Of a stretch of DNA of 64,000 bases, positions 39,201 to 51,947 are shown one piece after another. The notes under the pieces were generated by a model. That model made no database searches and was not told where the DNA came from. It was given only the letters and a program-made list of their open reading frames with translations. Each line of letters starts with the position of its first letter. The first letter of the stretch is position 1. A program made the position numbers and the translations under genes. Origin of the DNA: Antedon mediterranea (Eukaryota > Animalia > Echinodermata); NCBI RefSeq assembly GCF_964355755.1, contig NC_092674.1, forward strand, positions 24,552,001 to 24,616,000, given 5' to 3'.

Positions 39201-42200
39201 ACAAATCTAACAGTACTATTTGTTGAAAAATCATCTATTGAACAACCCAATAATACAGGACATTCAAGTAGTTAGACATGTGTAGGGGTACAGTTATTAT
39301 AGAGCAAAATTAAGAGTACATATTTTAGACAAATCTAACAGTACTATTTGTTGAAAAATCATCTATTGAACAACCCAATAATACAGGACATTCAAGTAGT
39401 TAGACATGTGTAGGGGTACAGTTATTATAGAGCACAATTAAGAGTACATATTTTAGACAAATCTAACAGTACTATTGGTTGAGAAATCATCTATTGAACA
39501 ACCCAATAATACAGGACATTCAAGTAGTTAGACATGTGTAGGGGTACAGTTATTATAGAGCACAATTAAGAGTACATATTTTAGACAAATCTAACAGTAC
39601 TATTTGTTGAAAAATTATCTATTGAACAACTCAACAATACAGGACATTAAAGTAGTCAGACAAGTGTAGGGGTACAGTTATTATAGAGCACAATTAAGAG
39701 TACATATTTTAGACAAATCTAACAGTACTATTTGTTGAAAAATCATCTATTGAACAACTCAACAATACAGGACATTCAAGTAGTTAGACATGTGTAGGGG
39801 TACAGTTATTATAGAACACAATTAAGAGTACATTGTAGTTTGATCTATTGGTTGTAGGATTAATTTAAACACAGCAATGCAGTTCAGTTTAGTTAGTTGT
39901 TTAGGGCAAAATAAGACAACAAATCTAACAGTGTAATTGGTTGAGAAATCATCTATTGAACAACTCAATAATACAGGACATTCAAGTAGTTAGACATGTC
40001 TGGGGGGACAGTTATTATAGAACACAATTAAGAGTAAATTGTAGTTGTTATCAATTGGTTGTTGAAGAAATTTAAACACAGCAATGCAGTTCAGGTTAGT
40101 TAGTTGTTTAGGGCAAAATTAAACACAGGATTGCAGTTTAGTTTAGTTGGTTGTAGGTGAAATTTAAACACAGCAATACAGTTCAGTTTAGTTAGTTGTT
40201 TAGGGCAAAATAAAACAGCAAATCTAACAGTGTAATTGGTTGAGAAATCATCTATTGAACAACTCAATAATACAGAACATTCAGGTAGTTAGACATGTCT
40301 GGGGGGACAGTTATTATAGAACACAATTAAGAGTAAATTGTAGTTTTTATCAATTGGTTGTAGAAGAAATTTAAACACAGCAATGCAGTTCAGGTTAGTT
40401 AGTTGTTTAGGGCAAAATTAAACACAGGAATGCAGTTAATTTTAGTTGGTTGTATGAGAAATTTAAACACAGCAATGCAGTTCAGTTTAGTTAGTTGTTT
40501 AGGGCAAATTTAAACACAGCAATGCAGTTCAGTTTAGTTAGTTGCTTTAGGACAAAGTTAAACAAGGAATTCAGTTTAGTTAATTACTTACGACAAAATT
40601 AAACAGAGGAATGCAGTTCAATTTAGTTAGTTGTTTAGGGCAAAATAAAACACAGCACATCTAACAGTATAATTGGTTGAGAAATCATCTGTAGAACAAC
40701 TAAAAAATACAGGACAATCAAGTACTTAGATAGGTCTAGGGGTACAGTTATTATAGAACACAATTAAGAGTACATATTTTAGACAAATCTAAAAGTATAA
40801 TTGGTTGAAAAATCATCCATTAAACAACCCAATAATACAGGACATTCAAGTAGTTAGACATGTGTAGGGGTACAGTTATTATATAACCCATTTTGGAGTA
40901 CATATTTGACAACTCTAACAGTATAATTGGTTGAGAAATCATCTATTCAACAACCAAATGGACATTCAAGTAGACATGTGTAAGGATACAGTTATTATAG
41001 AACACAATTAAGAGTACATATTTTAGACAAATCTAACAGAATAATAATACAGGACATTCAAGTAGTTAGACATGTGTAGGGGTAATAGTTATTATAGAAC
41101 ACAATTAAGATTACATATTTTAGAAAAATCTAACAGTATAATTGGTTGAGACATTTTTGGTTGTAGGACACAATCATAGCAGTTCAGTTTAGTTTAGTTG
41201 GTTGTAGGACACAATTAAACAGAGCAATTCAGTTTAGTTTAGTTGGTTGTAGGACACAATTAAACAGAGCAATTCAGTTTAGTTTAGTTGGTTGTAGGAC
41301 ACAATTAAACCGAGCAATTCAGTTTAGTTTAGTTGGTTTTAGGACACAATTAAACAGAGCAATTCAGTTTAGTTTAGTTGGTTGTAGGACACAATTAAAC
41401 AGAGCAATTCAGTTTAGTTTAGTTGGTTTTAGGACACAATTAAACACAGCAGTTCAGCTCAGTTCAGTTTAGTTGTTTGTAGAACAAAATGAAACAGAGC
41501 AATTCAGTTTAGTTTAGTTAGTTGTAGGACATAATTAAACACAGCAATTCAGTTCAGTTTAGTTGTTTGTAGAACAAAATGAAACAGAGCAATTCAGTTT
41601 AGTTTAGTTGGTTGTAGGACACAATTAAACAGAGCATTTCAGTTTAGTTTAGTTGGTTGTAGGACACAATTAAACACAGCAATTCAGTTTAGTTTAGTTT
41701 AGTTGGTTGTAGGACACAATTAAACACAGCATTTCAGTTTAGTTTAGTTGGTTGTAGAACAAAATTAAACCGAGCAATTCAGTTTAGATTAGTTGGTTGT
41801 AGGACACAATTAAACACAGCAATTCATCTATTAGCCAAAACAATAATACAGAGCATTCAAATATTTAGACATATGTAGGGGTACAGTTATTGTAGACAAC
41901 AATTAAGATAATATATTTTAGACAAATTTAAAAGTATAATTGGTTGGTAAATTATCTAGTAGACAACAAAACAATACAGAACATTCAAATATTTAGACAT
42001 GTGTAGGGGTACAGTTATTATAGAACATCATTAAGGGTACATATTTTAGACAAATCTAAAAGTATAATTGGTTAAGAAATTGTATAGTAGACAACACAAT
42101 AATACAGAACATTCAAATATTTAGACTTGTGTAATTCAGTTTAGTTTAGTTGGTTGTAAGACACAATTAAACATAGCAATTCAGTTTAGTTTAGTTGGTT

Positions 42201-45200
42201 GTAAGACAAAATTAAATAGAGAAGTTTATTTAAGTTGGTTGTAGAACAAAATTAAACAGAGCAATTCAGTTTAGTTTAGTTGGTTGTTGGACAAAATTAA
42301 ACACAGCAGTTCAGGTTATAGGACACAATTAAGAGTAAATATTTGAGACAAATCTAACAGAATAATTGGTTGAGAAATCTATCTATCTAATCTATTAGAC
42401 AACACAATATTACAGCACATTCAAGTAGTTAAACATGTGTAGGGGTAGAGTTCTTATAGAACCCATTTGGGAGTACATATTTTAAACAAATCTAACAGTA
42501 TAATTGGTTGAGAAATCATCTATAGAACAATCCAATAATACAGGACATTCAGGTAGTTAGACATGTGTAGGGGTACAGTTATTATAGAACACAATTAAGA
42601 GTACATTGTAGTTTAATCTATTGGTTGTAGGATAAATTTAAACACAGCAATGCAGTTCAGTTTAGTTAGTTGTTTAGGGCAAAATTAAACACAGGAATGC
42701 AGTTAATTTTAGTTGGTTGTAGGAGAAATTTAAACAGAGCAATGCAGTTCAGTTTAGTTAGTTGTTAAGGGCAAAATTAAACATAGGAATGCAGTTCCGT
42801 TCAGTTGGTTGTATGAGAAATTTAAACACAGCAATGCAGTTCAGTTTAGTTAGTTGTTAAGGGCAAAATTAAACATAGGAATGCAGTTCAGTTTAGTTGG
42901 TTGTATGAGAAATTTAAACACAGCAATGCAGTTCAGTTTAGTTAGTTGTTAAGGGCAAAATTAAACACAGGAATGCAGTTCAGTTTAGTTGGTTGTATGA
43001 GAAATTTAAACACAGCAATGCAGTTCAGTTTAGTTAGTTGTTAAGGGCAAAATTAAACATAGGAATGCAGTTCAGTTTAGTTGGTTGTATGAGAAACTTA
43101 AACACAGCAATGCAGTTCAGTTTAGTTGGTTGTATGAGAAATTTAAACACAGCAATGCCGTTCAGTTTAGTTGGTTGTATGAGAAATTTAAACACAGCAA
43201 TGCAGTTCAGTTTAATTGGTTGTATGAGAAATTTAAACACAGCAATGCAGTTCAGTTTAGTTAGTTGCTTAAGGACAAAGTTAAGCAAGGAATTCAGTTT
43301 AGTTAATTACTTACGACAAAATTAAACAGAGGAATGCAGTTGAATATAGTTAGTTGTTTAGGGCAAAATAAAACACAGCACATCTAACAGTATAATTGGT
43401 TGAGAAATCATCTGTAGAACAACTAAAAAATACAGGACAATCAAGTACTTAGATAGGTCTAGGGGTACAGTTATTATAGAACACAATTAAGAGTACATAT
43501 TTTAGACAAATCTAAAAGTATAATTGGTTGAAAAATCATCCATTAAACAACCCAATAATACAGGACATTCAAGTAGTTAGACATGTGTAGGGGTACAGTT
43601 ATTATAGAACACAATTAAGAGTACATATTTTAGACAAATCTAACAGAATAATAATACAGGACATTCAAGTAGTTAGACATGTGTAGGGGTAATAGTTATT
43701 ATAGAACACAATTAGGATTACATATTTTAGAAAAATCTAACATTATAATTGGTTGAGACATTTTTGGTTGTAGGACGCAATCACAGCAGTTCAGTTTAGT
43801 TTAGTTGGTTGTAGGACACAATCACAGCAGTTTAGTTTAGTTGGTTGTAGAACAAAATTAAACAGAGCAATTCAGTTTAGTTTAGTTGGTTGTAGGACAA
43901 AATTAAACACAGTAGCTTAGTTTAGTTTAGTTGGTTTTAGGACACAATTAAACACAGCAGTTCAGTTTAGTTTAGAACAAAATAAACAGAGAAATTCAGT
44001 TTAGTTTAGTTGGTTGTAGGACAGAATTTAACAGAGCAATTCAGTTTATTTTATTTGGTTGTAGAACAACATTAAACACAGCAATTCTAATTTAGCTTAG
44101 TTGGCTGTAGGACACAATTAAACAGAGTAATTCAGTTTAGTTTAGTTGGTTGTAAGACACAATTAAATATAGCAATTCAGTTTAGTTTAGTTGGTTTTAG
44201 GACACAATTAAACATAGCAATTCAGTGTAGTTTAGTTGGTTTTAGGACACAATTAAACATAGCAATTCAGTTTAGTTTAGTTGGTTTTAGGACACAATTA
44301 AACAGAGTAATTCAGTTTAGTTTAGTTGGTTGTAAGACACAATTAAACATAGCAATTCAGTTTAGTTTAGTTGGTTGTAGGGCACAATTAAACAGAGCAA
44401 TTCAGTTTAGTTTAGTTGGTTGTAGGACACAATTAAACAGAGCAATTCAGTTTAGTTTAGTTGGTTTTAGGACACAATTAAACAGAGCAATTCAGTTTAG
44501 TTTAGTTGGTTGTAGGACACAATTAAACAGAGCGATTCAGTTTAGTTTAGTTGGTTTTAGGACACAATAAAACACAGCAGTTCAGCTCAGTTCAGTTTAG
44601 TTGTTTGTAGAACAAAATGAAACAGAGCAATTCAGTTTAGTTTAGTTGGTTGTAGGACACAATTAAACACAGCAATTCAGTTTAGTTTAGTTGGTTGTAG
44701 GACACAATTAAACAGAGCATTTCAGTTTAGTTTAGTTGGTTGTAGGACACAATTAAACATAGCAATTCAGTTTAGTTTAGTTGGTTGTAGGACACAATTA
44801 AACATAGCAATTCAGTTTAGTTTAGTTGGTTGTAGGACACAATTAAACAGAGCATTTCAGTTTAGTTTAGTTGGTTGTAGGACACAATTAAACATAGCAA
44901 TTCAGTTTAGTTTAGTTGGTTGTAGGACAAAATTAAACACAGCAATTCAGTTTAGTTTAGTTGGTTGTAGGACACAATTAAACAGAGCATTTCAGTTTAG
45001 TTTAGTTGGTTGTAGGACACAATTAAACACAGCAATTCAGTTTAGTTTAGTTTAGTTGGTTGTAGGACACAATTAAACATAGCAGTTCAGTTTAGTCTAG
45101 TTTGTTGTAGAACAATATTAAACATAGCAATTCAGTTTAGATTAGTTGGTTGTAGGACACAATTAAATACAGCAATTCATCTATTAGCCAAAACAATAAT

Positions 45201-47160
45201 ACAGAGCATTCAAATATTTAGACATATGTAGGGGTACAGTTATTGTAGACAACAATTAAGATAATATATTTTAGACAAATTTAAAAGTATAATTGGTTGG
45301 GAAATTATCTAGTAGACAACAACACAATACAGAACATTCAAATATTTAGACATGTGTAGGGGTACAGTTATTATAGAACATCATTAAGGGTACATATTTT
45401 AGACAAATCTAAAAGTATAATTGGTTAAGAAATTATCTAGTAGACAACACAATAATACAGAACATTCATATATTTAGACTTGTGCAATTCAGTTTAGTTT
45501 AGTTGGTTGTAAGACACAATTAAACATAGCAATTCAGTTTAGTTTAGTTGGTTGTAAGACAAAATTAAATAGAGAAGTTTATTTAAGTTGGTTGTAGAAC
45601 AAAATTAAACAGAGCAATTCAGTTTAGTTTAATTGGTTGTAGGACAAAATTAAACACAGCAGTTCAGGTTATAGGACACAATTAAGAGTAAATATTTGAG
45701 ACAAATCTAACAGAATAATTGGTTGAGAAATCTATCTATCTAATCTATTAGACAACACAATATTACAGCACATTCAAGTAGTTAAACATGTGTAGGGGTA
45801 GAGTTCTTATAGAACCCATTTGGGAGTACATATTTTAAACATATTTAACAGAATAATTGGTTAAGAAATTATCTATTAGACAACACAATAATACAGAGCA
45901 TTCAAGTAGTTAGACATGTGTAGGGGTACAGTTATTATAGAACACAATTAAGAGTACATTGTAGTTTGATCTATTGGTTGTAGGATAAATTTAAACACAG
46001 CAATGCAGTTCAGTTTAGTTAGTTGCTTAAGGACAAAGTTAAACAAAGGAATTCAGTTTAGTTTTGTTAGTTCTTACAACAAAATTAAAGAGAGGAATGC
46101 AGTTTAATTTAGTTAGTTGTTTAGAGCAAAATAAAAAACAGCAAATCTAACACTATAATTGGTTAAGAACTTTTAGACAAAACAATTATACATGGTACAG
46201 TTATTATAGAACACAATTAGGAGTAAATATTTTAGACAAATCTGAAGTATAATTAGTTGAGAAATTCTATATGAACCAACCCAATAATACAGGACATTCA
46301 AGTTGTTAGACATGTGTAGGGTACAGTTATTATAGAGCACAATTAAGACTCGAGTACATATTTTAGACAAATCTAACAGTATAATTTGGTTGAGAAATCA
46401 TCTAATAGACAGCACAATAATACAGGAAATTCTATTAGTTCACATTTGTAGGGAGGGGTACAGATATTATAGAACACAATTAGGAGTACATATTTTAGAC
46501 AAATCTAACATTAAAACTGGTTGAGTAATCATCTATAGAACAACCCAACAATACAGGACATTCAAGTAGTTAGACATGTATAGGGGTACAGTTATTATAG
46601 CACACAATTAAGAGTACATATTTTAGACAAATCTGAAGTATAATTAGTTGATAAATCATCTATTGAACAACTCAACAATACAAGACATTCAAGTAGTTAG
46701 GTTACAGTTATTATAGAGCACAATTTAGAGTAAATATTTTAGACAAATTTAACAGTACAATTTGAGAAATAATCTATTGAACAACCCAATAATACACATT
46801 TCACATTTAACTAGTTACATGTGTGTAGGGGTACAGTTATTATAGCACACAATTTTAGACAAATAATTTGTTTAGAAATCATCCATTAGACAACACAACG
46901 ACACAGGACATTCAAGAAGTTAGACATCTGTGGGGATACAGTTATTATACAGCACGATTAAGAGTACAGCTGTATTTTAGACAAATCTAACAGAATAAAT
47001 TGTTTAGAAATCATCTGGTAAACAACACAACAGTACAGAACATTTAAGTAGTTAGACATCTGTAGGGGTACAGTTATTATAAAACATATATACTAGACAA
47101 ATCTACCAATACAACTGTTTGAAAAATCATTTATTAGACAATAAAACAATACAGGACACT
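33290..47160. repeat. Composite satellite of 128-bp and 45-bp monomers (short array 33290-34120; main array ~35930-47160)
   Basis: 128-bp unit ...caagtagttagacatgtgtaggggtacagttattatag... (copies at 38817, 38945, 39073). 45-bp unit gtaggacacaattaaacagagcaattcagtttagtttagttggtt (copies at 41204, 41249). Confidence 0.95.
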
Positions 47161-47779
47161 TAACTAATTTCTTAGAAAAAAACAATTACCAATTTAATTA
47201 TACACCCAAATGCAAAAACCAAAAGTAACTATTGTTAAACAACTGTACTTTTAGTAGTATTATTGATACAATTTTAATGTTTGCAGTCAATTAAATGAAC
47301 ACTTAACATGCTTATTGTGAAACCTGGTTAAATCCTGCAATATTCTTCTACCCACAGTGTGTTGCTGTTTGGACTGTCATTGAAGGAGCATTTTCATAGA
47401 ATGAGCATACTGAAGTAGAAGTCTAAATTTATTCACCTATTCATTTGAAACTCATCAACATTATACAGCAGCAGCTCCATAGTGTTTGGTTGCATGAATG
47501 ATTGGCCAGGACTTGTATTCAATGACATTTTTTAACAAACGTTACATAGATGCTTACATAGGCCTTAATTCTTTAGCCTTTCCAGGTTAAACTATTAAAT
47601 GTGTTACCTTTTATAAGAAATAATTATTTTGAATTAATTTAAGCTCTTCCCTTACAGTTTGTTTTTTAGTATTTTGTAAGTTTTATTTTAATTTGTCATT
47701 AAATTAAATCAAAGATGAAATAAAGTTATAAAAGTTGTCTTCAATTCTGTGTGCACCTGCTTTTATCTAATACATACAG

Positions 47780-48130
47780 CTACAGATGAAGGCTGCAGTG
47801 GGGTTCTAGTCATTCCATTTATTACTATTCTCTCCTTATTTTGCTCACACTGGGCCACTATTTAAAAAGCTCATCATCCTAAAGTTAAATGACTTGCATT
47901 AATTTTATTAATCTTCAGTGTTCATGTTTTTGGAAGACAGTACATCTTTAGGTCAATGTGATTGGTTTTTTTAAACTGGTTATATATACTTGTTAAACCT
48001 TATTTCTGATTTACTTTAAACTGAAACCTTTTGTTTTGCTGAAAAGGGTCAAGTCATGACAAGTGCTTTTGCACTTCTGGACTTGATCCTGACTGCCATA
48101 ATTATGAGGTTTACTACATTAAACATGAAT
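47780..48130 (+). mobile_element. Decayed 3' fragment of a CR1/L2-group (Crack/Daphne-like) LINE
   Basis: Translates as SPYFAHTGPLFKKLIILKLNDLH*F...VFMF, followed by the stem-loop ggtcaagtc...gacttgatcc. An isolated CETWLNP endonuclease-like motif lies near 47316. Confidence 0.6.
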
Positions 48131-48519
48131 TTAAAATGAATTATGAGAACCCTAGCACATGATGATGTTTATGGATGGAGTTGTTGATTTTCTTGTCCAT
48201 AATTCTTGTAACATCCAAAGTTGTATAACACTGCATCAGTGTTGTCCACAGCGTAGGTCTATTAGTGTCTGTCAACATATGGTTTTTATTATATAAAATG
48301 TTATCAACTACATGTTATTAACATGCTCCAATGTTATTTTCTATTTATTTTCGACCAAAAACAAGTTAAAAAAACAATCTTGTATAGTCAATGTATTCAA
48401 TTATAATCTCTATTCATCTGTTTAAAAAGAAATATAACATCATGTTTGCATGTACTTGATAACATTTTGTCATACAAACTTACTTGGTGTAGATTACTGT
48501 AGAAGCTTACTAAACTTAA

Positions 48520-49145
48520 AGCCCCATTCCCTACGTTTTTTAGATCTAATTTAAGATCACAAACTATATTTAATGTAAAAATAATACTATATGGTCCTAT
48601 TGCGATAACTTTTTTCGTCTTTAAACGGTTAAAAATGTGAAAAATAAATCGATTTTAATAATTATAGCGGCCCGCTATAAATCCCAAAATGCATTGCGCG
48701 CGGATTGATATTGTTGTTTTTCACCTGTAATTCGCCCACTTTTCGATCGATCGTGAAGCCAAAACAAATGGAAGACTCCTAACTTTTCAGCGAAAATACT
48801 GGGTTTTCCCCAATTTGTATCAACGGAGTCTGGCAAAAATAGAAAGACAATTAATGCAGCAACTATACAACGTCAGACTAGGTATATAGCTAGCGTACGA
48901 TGTTCGTACGTTACCGATGTTTACCAGCTAGGCCTACAAAACTAAGCCTAGCTAGGCTAGGCCTGAGACCGTCCACGAGAGGTCGATCGCCGCGAGCTAC
49001 TTAGGTAGTGCATTGTTTCTCACTTTTTATCATAATTTACCATAAAACGTACATTTAAGACAAGGAATGACATGGTTTAATGTTTTTAAAGTGATATATA
49101 TGTATTATTTTCCAAAAAACGTCCAAAATTGCAGGGAAGGGGTCT
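48520..49145. mobile_element. Kolobok-like non-autonomous element (family D), nested in the 20-kb insertion
   Basis: TTAA flanks and TIRs agccccattccct / agggaaggggtct. Shares terminal and internal blocks with 59996-60190. Confidence 0.75.
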
Positions 49146-50349
49146 TTAATCTAGGTACTTGGAAATAGTAACCCACCCCACACTCAGCTTTGTACGTCAC
49201 TAATTTATTGAGAAAAATACAAAACTACAGTAAAGTAAACACATTTGCTGATTTACCTTTATTAATTAGTTTTTATTAATGATTTTGACACCTTTTTTCA
49301 AGTTAAACACAGGCCTACTACTATCATTTGCTATTTATTACTGTATTTTGTATTCTCATCATCATCTTTTATTATTAGTATTTCTGGACAGCGTCAGCTA
49401 CATCATCTTCATTGATTCCAGACAAGACAAATGTTCTTCCACCAACATTATTAGTTGGTTATTATTCTCAACTAACTTTTAGGATGGGCTTTAAAACTTT
49501 CACATCTTTTTATATTAATATATTATAATATCACAACCTAAAAGAAATAAAATAATTATTTAACAATTTGCATAACACATTTAGAAATAAAATTAAACAC
49601 AGGTATTAGTTATTACTAAAAGGTACTGTAGTGTAAAACACATACAGCATAAAAAAGCCTTGCTTAAGGCCTACCTACTAGGCTAGGCTAGGCCTAGTCC
49701 TGTATAGCCTACAGACAGGCCCTGCCTAGCTAGGGCCTACCTACATATGTGGGCTACAGGCCTAGTAGGTTAGGCCTAAGCCTAGGTCCTCTATTAAGCT
49801 AGGCCTAGTAGCCTACTACTACTAGGCCTATAGGCCTAGGCTAGGCTTGACTATATGATGAGCCCTATAGGCCTAGGCCGGGCCTAGTAGGGCCTAGCCT
49901 ACTAGGGCCTACCTAGACTATATAATCAATTGATTTATTTGATTTGAAAAGACTTCGAGTCTAACAACAAAGCCCCGATATGGGTAAAAACCCTACCTGC
50001 CTAGGCTCCTAGCCTATGTTTGGTACAAAATACACAAAATTACGTACATTAATTATTTTTTATAAATAAATAAAGTTGTTGGAAAGCCTGAAATCCGTGG
50101 CAAATGGCAAATCATAATTTCATCGCACATCACATTTCCTTTCAATTTTTGAAGAATAAATAACGGAAGTGACGTCACATGGGCAATGAAAACTCCAACG
50201 TAGCAAACGTCCATAGCCAACGTAGCAAAATGACAGTAGCAAACGGCCAAAAAGTCTTGAATTCGTAGCAATCGGCCATTTGAGTTCTTCAGAACGTAGC
50301 AATCGGCCATTTGAGTTCTTCAGAACGTAGCAATCGGCCAACAAGATCT

Positions 50350-50351
<2 letters not shown>

Positions 50352-50434
<83 letters not shown>
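50352..50434. repeat. (TA)n microsatellite, ~41 units
   Basis: Pure AT dinucleotide run at the right junction of the 20-kb insertion. Confidence 0.98.
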
Positions 50435-50435
<1 letters not shown>

Positions 50436-50554
50436 GCAACGCAAGTGAGTGGACCAATGACAAGCGACAGTTGGAATAATCCATCGCTTATGATTGGTCA
50501 AATCCCTTGTGTTGCGGTACGTCCTTGGGTTGCGTCTCTATAGTGGGAACCACG
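50435..50554. mobile_element. Right part of the split family-B MITE
   Basis: cgcaacgcaagtgagtggaccaatgacaagcg...gttgcgtctctatagtgggaaccacg continues where 30180 stops, by comparison with the intact copy at 27022. Confidence 0.75.
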
Positions 50555-51289
50555 AATAAATCCAACTTTATAGTCTGTTAATGCGCACGTTACAATCCTT
50601 TTTTGCTCGCACTGTGTCAAGCCTGCATGCGTGATATTAATGTTCATACTAGTAGCATAAAACTTGTTCTAAATATTTTAGTGTTGAAGTAACATTCTCT
50701 AAATAAAAAACAATCTACGTAATTCAGAAGTAGTTGTCATTATGAATAAATGCATAATTTTTATGTCTCATGCGTCCAATACGAAACGTAGATTATGTGA
50801 TATATTTGCTGTAAGAAAACTCAATTATGAAAAATCCACATCAATTACGACGACAGAAATAATTACCCCAACACCTTATCTATATTTACTGAGGCATTTA
50901 TGAGGGAAACAAATGAAGCAAATCGAAATGTTATGGTTGTATAGAAAAGAATCATGTACAGTATGGCCAATGATGTGTGTTGACACTCAAATACCGAGCG
51001 GAACAACAACATCACAACTGGTCCCCGGTTGCGCATTACTTAAATCGGAAAAGAAATTGAATATATTATATAAAAAATATATAAATCAAAAGGCAAATTA
51101 CTGAAAACAAATGACAATGATGTGGGTATCAGTGGCTGGATCTCAATAGAGATACAAAAAAAAGCGAAAAGCTAAATCAAAACGTTGGTAGTAATAAAGA
51201 AGTGAAACAACCAGAAAAAAGTTAGTAGAGCTTTTGGGCAAAACTAGCCCTTCATGCAGAGCAAGTCAGCATACTTGGTGGACAAAGTA

Positions 51290-51546
51290 GATAGTTCCAC
51301 CAAAAATTTGATCGATAAAAAAATATATTTACCTGAAAAAACTGTAATTAAGCAAAATAGTCAAATTGACAGCCAGACAATGGGTGTTTGATTGAATTTA
51401 ACCATTTATTTTGTCATTTTATAAGTGAAAACAATATTTTCCCGGGTTTTTTTTCCTATGGAAGTCATTGATTTTATTAAAACTACTCAATAACCTATTC
51501 AAAATCTGATTAAATGAATTTCATGTTTTTGGGGGACAATACATCT
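51290..51546. mobile_element. Family C (Kolobok-like) element, left-truncated
   Basis: Collinear with 28255-28514; ends gggggacaatacatct followed by TTAA. Confidence 0.7.
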
Positions 51547-51947
51547 TTAAATAAATAAAAATAAATTTATTTTACATACACAAAAAGTGTGTGTCCAAGC
51601 ACAGCAAAAAGGTTGGTCGGTCAGTCGGTCCTATTTTATAAATTACAAATAGATACATAATAATGCTAGTTTGGCTAACAAAATTATTTCTGGGCAAAAA
51701 TCAAAAACAGAATTAGATCGAAATATAATTGCACTGATGCGTGCGATTTCTATATTTAAAAAATCTAAATAAATAAATAAATACAATTAGGAGAATCTGG
51801 CATATGCAACAACAATTTTCAAAGCCGGGTGAATGAATTGACAATGTCAGATAAGAATGGAATCCCTTTGTAATATCATAAGTTATAATATCGAATTCAA
51901 AGATATTTATTTATAACAGTTATAGGCCTTCTATGTTGTTTACAGGT

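Larger units (their letters stand above)
30266..50351. mobile_element. ~20-kb non-autonomous DNA-transposon-like insertion in (TA)n, with subterminal inverted repeats (EnSpm/CACTA-like candidate)
   Basis: (TA)n on both flanks. Left gaactcaacggcctttgctacg and ctcaaatggcctttgctac are inverted matches to right cgtagcaatcggccatttgagttc. TTTGCTACG/CGTAGCAA motifs cluster at both ends. It interrupts a family-B MITE. No transposase ORF is present. Confidence 0.7.

Noticed and set aside
43034-43325. 15-aa repeat ORFs on both strands
   Set aside because: Translation of the 45-bp satellite monomer.
35930-47160. CRISPR-like array
   Set aside because: There are no unique spacers, units are contiguous tandem copies, the context is eukaryotic and there are no cas genes.
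32480-48250. C/D-box snoRNAs in the putative non-coding host introns (TGATGA at ~32490, 34293, 48160)
   Set aside because: I could not find a suitably placed CTGA D box with a terminal stem.
50053-50501. ORFs with YIYIYI runs and repeated ADCYVLKNSNGRLLR
   Set aside because: Products of the (TA)n tract and the 31-bp subterminal tandem repeat.
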